Shown here: piece after piece, positions 11,331-21,932 of the stretch
How positions within the stretch are numbered: the stretch's first letter is position 1
Layout: each line of letters begins with the position of its first letter
From: Obrimoposthia wandeli
Taxonomy: Eukaryota
Reading direction: 5' to 3'
DNA: 64,000 nt
Assembly: GCA_977020255.1 (NCBI GenBank)
Contig: CDROCS010000275.1
Coordinates: 248,001 to 312,000 of the forward strand
Position numbers and translations under genes: made by a program
Notes under the pieces: generated by a model
Databases searched by the model: none
Told to the model about the DNA's origin: nothing
Seen by the model: only the letters and a program-made list of their open reading frames with translations

Positions 11331-11654
11331 CTAAAACCATCAAATACTGTTTCGAGATCATCGCCTTCAATCACAAAGTGTGTAAAATAATCAATGCTTA
11401 CCATCGCTACTGCAGCCACAAAACTAATTTTTTATGCCACTATAACATTGAAAAATAAAATATGCATTAATCTATAAAGTTTAAAATTTGTCATTTTTGT
11501 GTCGTCGTTTTACCATACCATCTCACACCTGACAACTAGAAACTCTATAAGCATTAGATTCTGTGACTAAGGTCATTCTGAGATTTTCTAATGTGGAGAT
11601 TCCGAATATAATATCCATATGACCATTTTGTTTTACTAAAGTGGCATATACATG

Positions 11655-12991
11655 AGTAGGTAGAAGGATGGAGTCTAGATCACTTGACCCCCCCTGTGTG
11701 CGCACACCAAGTTAAAGGGTGGTGTGCGCACACCAAGTTAAAGGGTTTCACACCATAAGGGTGTCTTGCCACACCATAAGGGTATATGTTGCCTCACCAT
11801 AAGGGTGTCTTGCCACATCATAAGGGTCTGGCTCAGAAAGGTTATGAAGGTTTGAAGGTATGGTCGTGACGGTCTATGGTCGGCCAACATACCCAAGGGG
11901 TTGTGGTCGTCCATAGGTCAAAGGGTCGGGGTCAGTTTTGACTTGAAGGTTTGAAGGTATGGTCGTGACCGCCTATGGTCGGTCAACATACCCAAGGGGT
12001 TGTGGTCGTCCATAAATCAAAGGGTCGGACTCAGTTTTGACTTGAAACTTTGAAGGTATAATTAAGGTCAACTATGGTCGGCCGTCACATCTAAAGGGTT
12101 GTGGTTGTCCATAGGTCAAAGGGTCAAGGTCAGTTTTGACTTGAAACTTTGAAGGTATAATTAAGGTCAACTATGGTTGGTCATCACATCTAAAGAGTTG
12201 TGGTCGTCCATAAATCAAATGGTCGGACTAAAAAAAAAAAAAAAAAAAATATCAAGGTTTTAGTACATGGTTGTAATCATCTTTAGAAGACGAAGTCACT
12301 CATAAAGTATTGTCGGTCATATATGAATGGGTCGGGATATAGACCAAATCAAGTTTTAAATGTCAAAGTTTGAATACATGGTTGTAATCATCTTTAGAAG
12401 ACGAATTCATCCATATAGGTATGGTCGTCCATAGATGAAGGGTTAAAAAAAACTTGGAATTTCATAGTTTCAAGTACATGGTTGTATTCGTCAACATATT
12501 ACGAGTTTATTCATGTAAAAATTTTATGGTCGTTCACAAGTTAAGGGTTAGATTTGGCATAAATTAAGAAATTATATAGTATTCAATCAATTATTCTATG
12601 TGAAAGTTCACTCTTAAAAGTTAAGGAATGTATTACGTAATCATACACACACTATTCTATGTGAAAATTTAAGCTAAAGTTCACTCTTATCAGTTAAGGA
12701 ATGTATTACGTAATCATACACACACTATTCTATGTGAAAATTTAGATCAAAGTTTTTTCCTAGGCTTACACATCTAAAGAAATATGGTAAAAATTATTTA
12801 AATAACATAAATTATATATTAAAATAAAATATCCTTAATAAATATATTTATATACAATTTACATAATCAATACATAGAGAAAAACATTTCAAATAAGCAC
12901 AATGTTTTCCGTGTTTTCTAAACGGACATCGAATAATTTTGGCATTTTCTTTAAATTTTTGAAACTTTTATTATAATTCACAATTCTCAAA
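11655..12991 (+). repeat. Left TIR of the Polinton (~1.3 kb, internally repetitive)
   Basis: Reverse complement of 23884-25157, apart from differences in repeat copy number. Confidence 0.9.
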
Positions 12992-13038
12992 ATAAATAAG
13001 AAAGAAGTCAGAGAATAATACAAAATTAAACACATTTA

Positions 13039-16000
13039 TTATGTAATTTCATAATGTCCATAAGCGCGGCTTCTATTTTTCTCGTTCCAATAGCGTTTGT
13101 CATCTGATGAGCTGAGAGCAGTCTTTTGTGTTATGATTGTGTATAGTTGATGATTTATTGTTCCAAACTTCTTTTGTGGTATAGTATATGCATTACCGTT
13201 TTCATACACGTCTAAATATGTTTGATGTACAACCGTTGATCCCTTAAGATTTACTCCTTTTGCTTTATTATTTTCAAAGTCATCTTCAAACTTAAGTGAA
13301 TAACATTTACAAAGTAAGAAAATCCATTCTTTATACATTCTTCCTTCCGATTCATCTTTAAATAAACCTATTTTACTATTAAATTTATTAGAATATAATG
13401 GATCATTCACATTATAATTTGACGTATCTAATAATCCATCTGCAATCATTTTTGGTAACAACTGTTTTCTTAAATTAACGTTTTTACATTCCAAAAAGAA
13501 TGAGTCGTTATCACCGGCAACTATATTAATTGAACAATTGAATAAATTACGATATATTTGCAAATCATGATACTGAAGAGTATACATTCGTAATTTGCTA
13601 AGGTCTAGTACAGCTTGGCCTATATAATTTGGTCGATCGAGACAAATAAAGTCTTTTCTTAATAAAACAGCTATTAAATTATCATGAATTTCAATTGTTC
13701 GTTGAAACATAGGTTTGCTAGTATATGTAATTAATTTTGTAGAACTAGTGCAGATGCGAAGATTCAACCGTTTCTTAACATTTTCAACGGTCTTTCCATA
13801 CAAACTAACATTTTTAAGTTTATAAAAATCTTTGTCACATTTATTCGTTGCTTGTGATCTCATTTCTGAATTATATTCTATATATTCTGCGAATATCTTA
13901 GCCTGAGAGAATTTTACTGCTCGAAGAATAATTGTTACCACTGCTCCTAAACTAACATACATCTGCAATAGTCTCCAATGAATAACATAATGACTTTTTG
14001 GCGAATGCGTCATTAAAAGTTTTTCAACTTTTTTACCAGGTGGACATTTCTTTTCTGGAGCTATAGGAAGATCATCTAAAAAGTCATGAAGGTTTTCTGG
14101 TATTACCAAGTCTACTTCCATAACATAATCATATTCAATATGTTCCATGTTCACATTTTTCATTTCATGCAATATTTCGTTTAATTTTATATCATCAAGA
14201 ATCCATTCAAAATCTCCTTTTGGTAAAGGTTGATCAAGAGCCCATCCATATAAATTATTAACATCTATATATAAAAGACTTGTTTCTTCATCAGCGACTA
14301 CATGATGCTTATTGACAAATGTCATTCCTCCTCGTATACCCGAAGAAATCATGTTGTACATTTCAGGATCCTGCATCAGTTCAACCTTATGTTTTAACAT
14401 TTTTAGAGCACTTGCCCAACTCAACCCAGGAATGCTAAAAAGGTTAAGTGGTTCTAAACCATCTTCACTGAGAGCTTTTCTTCTGAATGTTTGAAACACG
14501 TCAGCTAATAAATATATGTCAGTCTTTAAGTAAACTAACATATAATCCAACATATTTCTACAATTGGTTATTTTCCAAACATCTTGTGCTTTTTGATATT
14601 CAGTGTCTGTGATTTTATCATTCCATTTTACTGGTAAACTTAACTTATTCTGGAGGACATTTAATGATGTAGCAAAATCATATGGGAATATTCCTTTGCC
14701 ATCAATAAGTTTAGATGGAAAAACTGATCTTGTTAATGGAATAGTTGGTAATTTACCGGCTAAATTTTCCAAAGATGATTGCAAAAATTGCAAAGAATCT
14801 ATAAATCTCAGAGTTATTTTACCTAATCTTACAATCATGGCTTGAAACTTTTCTGTTGATTGTGGTATAATATTTATATCCCAGTCAGTAAATTTATTCA
14901 ATGCATGTTTTAAAATATGATGTAAATCATAACCTCTGAGATTATGAAACACAATAGGTAAAGTTGGACGAAGTTTTCTTGATAAATTACATTCATTGCA
15001 TGCAGGACCTAGATACTTGCCAGTAAAGTGATCATGATCTTTAACATATTTTTCAGATGATTCGTGACATAAATAACATTCATCGGCATTGCTAAATGTA
15101 TGAATCTCTGCATTTGTTAAGGGAATCATTACGTTTTTAAGAGCATCTAAATACCATGGCAAAACCTTTTCTTTAGCCAAGTTCTCTATTGACTGAAGAA
15201 ATTTAACTATGCAGTCATCACCAACATTATGTTGATACTGCGTTTCAATTTCATCTGTACTCATAAATAACATACCAGATGCGACAGGCATATGCTTTTG
15301 ATGATAACTCTCATCTGGTACTAATACAGATTCAAAATCAGCGTAAACGACATATTTCGGTGATATAGTTTTTGACCAATCGTTGAATTTTAACGTACTT
15401 ATTCTTAGGCATAGTATACATTGTAGTGCTTTCTTGATTATAGTCACATAAAACTTTATGCTTTTCTAATGACAAATCGGTTTTGAAACCATGTAAACAC
15501 TTTTCACACCATTTTCTACTAATTCTAGTCGTTCCAGTTCGAATATTTAATAACCGGTTAAGACAACTTATTCCTATATAATGAAACCGTTCCTTGGATT
15601 CTAGTAACAATAAATTAACTCTAGTTCCTTCCTTCATTTTTGATTTGTATGCAACATCGATATAAGGATTCTTGATAACATCAGTTTTTGATTCTTTTTC
15701 ACTTACCTCATTGAATATGAATACATTTATTATTATACCAGGGTTTTGCCTTTCAAATTTTGATATATTTGATATTTTCATTGGCATGTCTTCAGTATTA
15801 TATACAAAATCATTTAAAAATCTTTCATAGTTACTTGGTCTATTTCTATTTATTTCTATTTCATTATATTTAAGTATTGATAATATTGCATAAATAAAGC
15901 AAAGATTATCAGAGTTTTGAATATTTATGACTGCTTTAGATTTTGTAAGAGAATTTGGTGATTTAATATATGAATGACCTGACAATGCACAAATTTGACT

Positions 16001-16705
16001 ATATTTAGTAACAATAAATGCATATTCAAGTATATTCATCAATTTCCAACCACTACCTTTTTCTGAATATTCTTCAACTTTATTTTCCATTGTATCTTCC
16101 AATTCTGAAATTATAGCATGTGAAAAAATCATTGCTCGATGCGAAGCATACCATTCTTTAGTTTCTCCATCATTCTTTTCAAACCTCATTCTAATGATGT
16201 ATTGTATCTTTGCATTTCCCATTAATTGCACTATTCTTTCTAGTTCGTTTAATAATGAAACTGGAACCTTAAGACTTACAAGATTGAGATGATCTACTTT
16301 CATGGATATCATTGAATAACTATTTTCTAACGATGTTTTAGTCTGTATATTGTCATTTATTTTACGTTTTCGTGACGGAGTAGGAGCTGAAATTACTATG
16401 TTTGATGATTCATTAATTATATCAGTTCTTTTGCTTAAAGCCGGTACTTTAAATAATGTTTTCTTACTACCATTTTTATATTCTTTTAAATGACTAACAT
16501 GTCGACTATAAAATAAGTTGTAATCAACATTTTCAGTGCTTAAACATTGTGGACATATGAAATAATTTATCTTTTTGTATGAATAACCATAATAATTTTT
16601 CATGATATCATGACAGACTTGAGGATTAAAATGTGTTTCCAATGAACAATAATTTGAATAAGTTTTACATATACTCATCTGATGATATGATTGGTATTGA
16701 GACAT
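13039..16705 (-). pseudogene. polB: Protein-primed family B DNA polymerase, split by a +1 frameshift near 15380
   Basis: ORFs 15338-16780 and 13039-15447 join as MPKNKYVK|FNDWSKT if one A of an AAAA run is removed. Motifs: DNLCF...HY (vOTU-like terminal-protein region), YADFES, CYLC..DHDH..CNECN, FHNLRGYD, YIDVNNLYG, KLKNVSLYGK, GDNDS. Confidence 0.95.
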
Positions 16706-16758
16706 TGATTGATTTGATTGAACTTGAGATATTGATTGATTTGTATACTGAATAAAAA

Positions 16759-16777
16759 ATATATATATATATAAATA
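16759..16777. promoter_or_regulatory. (AT)n-TATAAATA tract in the short divergent polB / TBP-like intergenic region
   Basis: atatatatatatataaata between ATG 16705 (minus) and ATG 16803 (plus); function inferred. Confidence 0.4.
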
Positions 16778-16802
16778 CAATAATTTAATTATTTTACTTA
16801 CA

Positions 16803-17357
16803 ATGTTAACAAATATTAATTATGAAGGAATTTGCTTAGATGATGTATCCAAATTAAAATTTCGAACACGACCAGAACAATACGTTTATAAAGCCAAAGA
16901 TTATACAATACTTATTTTTAGAAATAAGAAATGCAGGATTATGGGATGTAAGGTACCTATTAAAAATATTTCTTACCCTTTAAGAATAAATATACTTGGT
17001 ATTCAATCAATTACGGTATGTGAAAATTTAGATCAAAGTATCAATCTATTTAAATTATGGAATGTGTTACGTAATACATGTTCATTTGACCCTGAGGTTT
17101 TCCCAGGCTTAAGATTAAATATTTTCAATCCATTGTGTGTAAATATTTTCACATCTGGAAAGGTCGTAATTTTAGGTCTTAGAAATTTAGATTTTCAAAA
17201 TCAAGTTAACGATATCATGACATACATTAAAAAAAATTATATAAATACGAAACAATTTCTAATTAAATCATTCAATTTTAAATGTCTTATAAAGCCGTTC
17301 AAAAGTATTACGAGTATGATATGTTCTTCTTGGCATCTGCATGGATTCATCCAATGA
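16803..17357 (+). CDS. TATA-binding protein (TBP)-like protein
   Basis: Two TBP repeats: TILIFRNKKCRIMGCK resembles TALIFSSGKMVCTGAK; IQSITVCENL...SFDPEVFPGL..VNIFTSGKVVILGLR resembles IQNMVGSCDV...SYEPELFPGL..LLIFVSGKVVLTGAK. Confidence 0.85.
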   Translation: MLTNINYEGICLDDVSKLKFRTRPEQYVYKAKDYTILIFRNKKCRIMGCKVPIKNISYPLRINILGIQSITVCENLDQSINLFKLWNVLRNTCSFDPEVFPGLRLNIFNPLCVNIFTSGKVVILGLRNLDFQNQVNDIMTYIKKNYINTKQFLIKSFNFKCLIKPFKSITSMICSSWHLHGFIQ

Positions 17358-17668
17358 CTATGCCAGTGACATTATCGAAAACTTCGTACAATTACCGAGT
17401 CTCTGATTTTGACGACAAAGACATTCAACAATTCAATGAAGTCGTCAAATATTTGAAAATTGACATTGAACTTGAGAATGAGGGTATATTTATGCGCGGA
17501 GATAAGTGCAAATTTTATGATTGTTCCGGAACAAAGATTTCGGATATTCAAGAAGATGGAAGAAGTTGGATGCTCGAAATAAAAATTCTCGGATATAAAA
17601 TAAATAAAAAGAATGAAACAACTCTCATCTGGAGGATTCATACAGCGGCCGAATATTTTGATGATTAA
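17282..17668 (+). CDS. Hypothetical protein, possibly OB-fold ssDNA-binding (start 17282 or 17354)
   Basis: Beta-rich 128-aa ORF ending IWRIH...EYFDD (acidic tail); ATGA overlap with the TBP-like stop at 17354-17357. The function is inference. Confidence 0.4.
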   Translation: MSYKAVQKYYEYDMFFLASAWIHPMTMPVTLSKTSYNYRVSDFDDKDIQQFNEVVKYLKIDIELENEGIFMRGDKCKFYDCSGTKISDIQEDGRSWMLEIKILGYKINKKNETTLIWRIHTAAEYFDD

Positions 17669-17749
17669 TAAATATTTAATAAAATGTTGTTATTGTTATA
17701 AACATGTACTTATTCTGATATATTTATTTTATATTAATATTTATATATA

Positions 17750-18368
17750 ATGTTATTAACAAACAATTCGACTTTTCAAGTAGTAGGACCAAGTGGTAGT
17801 GGAAAAACTTTATTTGTTTGTAAATTATTAAATTCAAAAATGTTTAAAAATAAATTTAATAAAATATATTGGCATCAAGGTGGTGACGGAGAAGCTGGTT
17901 TAACAAACCAAGAATTTAATAAAATAAAAAACATTAAGATTATTAACGGTTTTGATGAAAATTGGACGACAAGACTTGTAAAAGGTGATGTAATTGTTAT
18001 TGATGACTTATATCAAGAGGCTAACAAAGAATCTGATTTTAATGATTTATTTACAAAAATTGCAAGACATAGAGAAGTTACTGTAATTTTTATAACCCAA
18101 AATTTATTTCAATCATCGTACTCGTAATCTTAATGTACATTATTTGATTTTATTCAAAAATCCTAGAGATCAAACAGTGATAGATTTTATTACTCGTCAA
18201 GCATTTCCTCATAACAAGAGTTATTTAATTGATGCGTTTCATGATGCTACATCTTTACCTCATGGTTATTTATTTTTAAATTTTACTCAATCATGTCCTG
18301 ATGATTTAAGAATTGTTACTGATATATTTAACCGTAATGGTATTACAGTCTATAAACAAAATAAATAA
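17750..18368 (+). pseudogene. A32/FtsK-like genome packaging ATPase, frameshifted near 18112
   Basis: Walker A GPSGSGKT, Walker B VIVIDDL, RHREVTVIFITQNLF; continues in another frame as HRTRNLNVHYLILFKNPRD. Confidence 0.92.
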
Positions 18369-18388
18369 TAATAATGTTTTAAAATAAA

Positions 18389-18799
18389 ATGAATTTTAAA
18401 AAGAGTATTCTTAAACATAGTAAAAGGACAGATAAAGATGAAGTTAAAAAATTAATAAACACTGTATTATATGATCGTAATAATATTGAATTTTCAAAAA
18501 GTTTACCTTATTTTTAAACCTTAATTGACGTATCAAAAACGAATAAAATGAAAATGTTGAAATCATTTCCAATTTATGTAGTTGATGATTTAATAAAAAT
18601 TTTAAATAAAATAATTTATGGTAAAATTAAACCTGATCCTAATATTTTAAAATATAAAAATTCATTAATAAATTTAGCAAATTCACGTGGTAAAATTAAT
18701 AAAAGAAACATTATTTACAATCAAAATGGCGGATTCCTATTGGCCATACTGCCCGCTATAGCATCAGTAATAGCTGGTCTTATAACTTCAAGAAGTTAG
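18389..18799 (+). pseudogene. Basic core protein ending in an adenovirus pX-like GG|FL motif; in-frame TAA at 18515-18517
   Basis: ATG 18389 is in frame with ORF 18548-18799; C-terminus NQNGGFLLAILPAIASVIAGL. Confidence 0.7.
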
Positions 18800-18822
18800 A
18801 AGTTTAAAAAAAAATTATAAAA

Positions 18823-19130
18823 TTATATAAGAGTCTTACAAAGTAACATTAATAAGAAACTTACATTAAATGTTGAAGTAGATTCTCCCGATGTACCAGG
18901 AACCATTGTTGTTGATGCTGATGTAGAAATCATTACCGCGGCTGCTAGTCTAAAAACAATATTAAAATTAATTTAAAAAAGAAAAAAAAATACTTTTTAT
19001 GTTTCTTACTCTGCATATGAGCATCCATTGAATATTTATTATTCATTGGTCCTGTTTGACATATTTGGCAATTAAATCTAAATATAAATCATAATTAAAA
19101 AAAATATATATAATAAACTCACGTATTCAT
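18823..19130 (-). CDS. Spliced micro-gene encoding a U1/zf-met-type C2H2 zinc finger; not in the ORF track
   Basis: Exons 19130-19123, 19077-18994 and 18949-18823; GT-AG introns of 45 and 44 nt restore MNTFNCQICQTGPMNNKYSMDAHMQSKKHKKLAAAV... Confidence 0.7.
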
Positions 19131-19456
19131 TTTGAGTCTTGATTTATTTAAATTAAAGAAAATAACAAAATAGTAAATTATATTTAATTTAACATTTCAA
19201 TTTATAATAGATATCCTATTATGTAATTTCAATTATTGATAATAATATAATTATCTCAATTGCTACAATTGAATTGTGCCTATTTAATTAAGATAGTTGC
19301 CTTAATAACGAAAATTATAATAATATTAAATAATTACATTCTTTCGTTTTATACAAACATATAAACAGATTAAAATATATTTAACTTTTATAATAATGGG
19401 GATAAACAATACAAAGTTGTCTAACTTATTTATAAATTTTAATTCTTCATGCTGCA

Positions 19457-20482
19457 ATGGAAAAGATTTGGAACAATCCAGAAGATCCAGACGGGTATAC
19501 AGGGTTAGAAAAATTGACAAACAGAGTCAAACAATCAAAAACAAACACACAAAAATGGTTAAGAAATGAATTATCATATAGTTTGAATAAACCTTTAAGA
19601 CGTAAATTTCCTACTAGATCATATAAAACTAATGGTATTAATTCCTTATGGCAGATGGATTTAATGGAAATGATACCTTATTCTTCAGTAAATAACGGAT
19701 TCAAGTATATTTTAACTTGTATTGATGTATTTAGTCGTTTTGCAAGGGCAGTTGGTATTAAATCAAAATCGGGTATTGATTTATTACATGCAATAGAATC
19801 TTTAATTGTTGATGATGTACCAGTAAATATCCAAACCGATGAAGGTAAAGAATTTTTTAATTCACATGTTAAGAAATTATTTAAAACTGAAAATATCAAT
19901 CATTATTCAGTATATTCTCAATATAAAGCTGCAGTAGTTGAAAGATTTAATAGAACGTTAAGAGAACGGTTAAAGAAATATTTTACTAAACAAGGTAATA
20001 AGAAATGGGTGAATGTATTACCAAACATTATTTATGCTTATAATAATTCTAAACATAGAGGTTTAGATGGTTTAAAACCTGTAGATGTAAATAATAAAAA
20101 TGCATTTGAAATTTGGTTGAAACAAAATCCAAAAGAAAAGAAAGTTAAATCTAAATATAAAATTGATGATTATGTTCGAATATCAAAAATAAGTTCAAGT
20201 CCATTTATTAAAAATTTTAATCAAAATTGGAGTGATGAGGTTTTTCAAATTCATGATATTAATTATAAACAAAATCCAATAATGTATATTTTAAAAGATA
20301 TTGATAACGTCATCATCAAAGGAAAATTTTATAAACAAGAGTTACAATTAATTGATAAACCTAAACTATATCGAATACAAGAAATTTTAAAAACTAAAGG
20401 TCGTGGTAAGAATAAACAATATTACGTAAAGTGGCACGGATACTCTGAACCTTCTTGGATATTTGCTTCTCAAATTGAATAA
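19457..20482 (+). CDS. Retroviral-type DDE integrase with C-terminal chromodomain (intact ORF)
   Basis: WQMDL, IQTDEGKEF, AVVERFNRTL; C-terminal YYVKWHGYSEPSWI. Confidence 0.97.
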   Translation: MEKIWNNPEDPDGYTGLEKLTNRVKQSKTNTQKWLRNELSYSLNKPLRRKFPTRSYKTNGINSLWQMDLMEMIPYSSVNNGFKYILTCIDVFSRFARAVGIKSKSGIDLLHAIESLIVDDVPVNIQTDEGKEFFNSHVKKLFKTENINHYSVYSQYKAAVVERFNRTLRERLKKYFTKQGNKKWVNVLPNIIYAYNNSKHRGLDGLKPVDVNNKNAFEIWLKQNPKEKKVKSKYKIDDYVRISKISSSPFIKNFNQNWSDEVFQIHDINYKQNPIMYILKDIDNVIIKGKFYKQELQLIDKPKLYRIQEILKTKGRGKNKQYYVKWHGYSEPSWIFASQIE

Positions 20483-21494
20483 TGTCAAAATATATCATTT
20501 TACCTAGTTATAGTTGTCCAAGTACTCAACCTAACAATACAGCCAATCAATTTACTGTAGATTGGGAAAACTCTCTAAATTTAGATGGTGAATGGGAGGT
20601 TGCCTTGACTGAATTTGTATTTAATTATACTCCTTTAACAATACAAACTAATTCAAAAATACTTTATAAAACAGAAAAGATAGAAATGAAAACTTTCGAT
20701 GTATCTTTTGCAATTTTAAATGGATTAATTTTTAATAATTTAAATAATGTTTTCAATTTCAAAATTACAAAGGATCAAAAATTAGAAATAAGTACAATTA
20801 ACAGTATTCCTCGAATGTTGTTAAAATTCGAATCTTTAGAAGAATCAAAAATTATAGGTTTTAATGAAATACAAAAAATTGCTAGTCATGTTATAACAAG
20901 TGATGAAATTGTTGACATAAATAAAAATATTCATGCTAAAATGAGAATTACAATTTATTCTTTAGCTGAATATGAATACGAAATAAAATTTAATCAAAGT
21001 TATTTGATACAAGATAGTTCTTCATTATGTAATATTATAGCCAGTAAATGTAATGCGATTTTTAAAAGCTGTAATATAGATTCAAACGGATTATTTGATA
21101 TTTTAATAAATATAAATGTAAAATCAGTTTTATTTGACGAAAAACTTGCATCTTTATTAGGTTTAAATAATGTTTTCTTTGAGAAACGAATTAAAGGTTT
21201 TCAAGAACCAACACTTTCTAGCTCATATAATCAAATGTATATTTATACTAGTTTAACAGATTCTGTCTTAGTAGGATCTGATTATGTTCCACTGTTAAAG
21301 TCTATTTGGTTAAAATCATTAAAATATCGATATGGAGATGTAGTAAATGTTAAAATTGATAATCCAATGTACTTGAAAATAAGAGATTCAAGTATTAATA
21401 GAATCGAGGTAAATATACGTGATGATTCTGGTAATTTAATTCCATTTTCATATGGAGCAAAACTAGTTTAACTCTTCATTTACGTAAAGTATAA
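20482..21494 (+). pseudogene. Minor capsid protein (penton); terminal 1-nt frameshift near 21460
   Basis: NNTANQFTV...DGEWEVALTEF; MYIYTS...VPLLK; IEVNIRDDSG; the natural end TLHLRKV* is in a shifted frame. Confidence 0.85.
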
Positions 21495-21530
21495 ACAATA
21501 TAAATATATTTAAAATATAAAAATATAAAA

Positions 21531-21932
21531 ATGAATACATCAATTATAAAATTTTACAGCAAAAGTCAACAGGGCGGTGAACTTCCCTATTTCATTGGTA
21601 AGCAATATGGATCTGGTTGGTTTCAAACTATTTCTAGATTAGCTATTCCATTTATTAAAAAAGCTGGTTTATCAGCAGCTACAAGTGCTGCCAATGCAAT
21701 TGGCGAAACGGTAGGAACTGCGTTAACAAATCCAAAAAACTTAATTTCATCTCTCAAAGAAAATACAATCAAAGAAGTCAAAACTTTGATTCCAAAATTA
21801 AAAAATAATGCTGTTGAGAGTTTAAATAAAGTCGCAAATTGTGTTGAACAAAATGGAAAGGGTCTTAAACGTAAAAGAAATCATTTAAATAGTATAAACA
21901 AACGTCTTAAAGGTACTATATTCCAAAAATGA
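21531..21932 (+). CDS. Polinton small virion protein (pVI-like, amphipathic) with QxGG/QxGxG motifs
   Basis: QQGG, QYGSGWFQTISRLAIPFIKK and QNGKGLKRKR; lies between penton and MCP. Confidence 0.7.
   Translation: MNTSIIKFYSKSQQGGELPYFIGKQYGSGWFQTISRLAIPFIKKAGLSAATSAANAIGETVGTALTNPKNLISSLKENTIKEVKTLIPKLKNNAVESLNKVANCVEQNGKGLKRKRNHLNSINKRLKGTIFQK

Noticed and set aside
19326-19520. Minus-strand 64-aa ORF upstream of the integrase
   Set aside because: Non-ATG start, no motif, overlaps the integrase 5' end.
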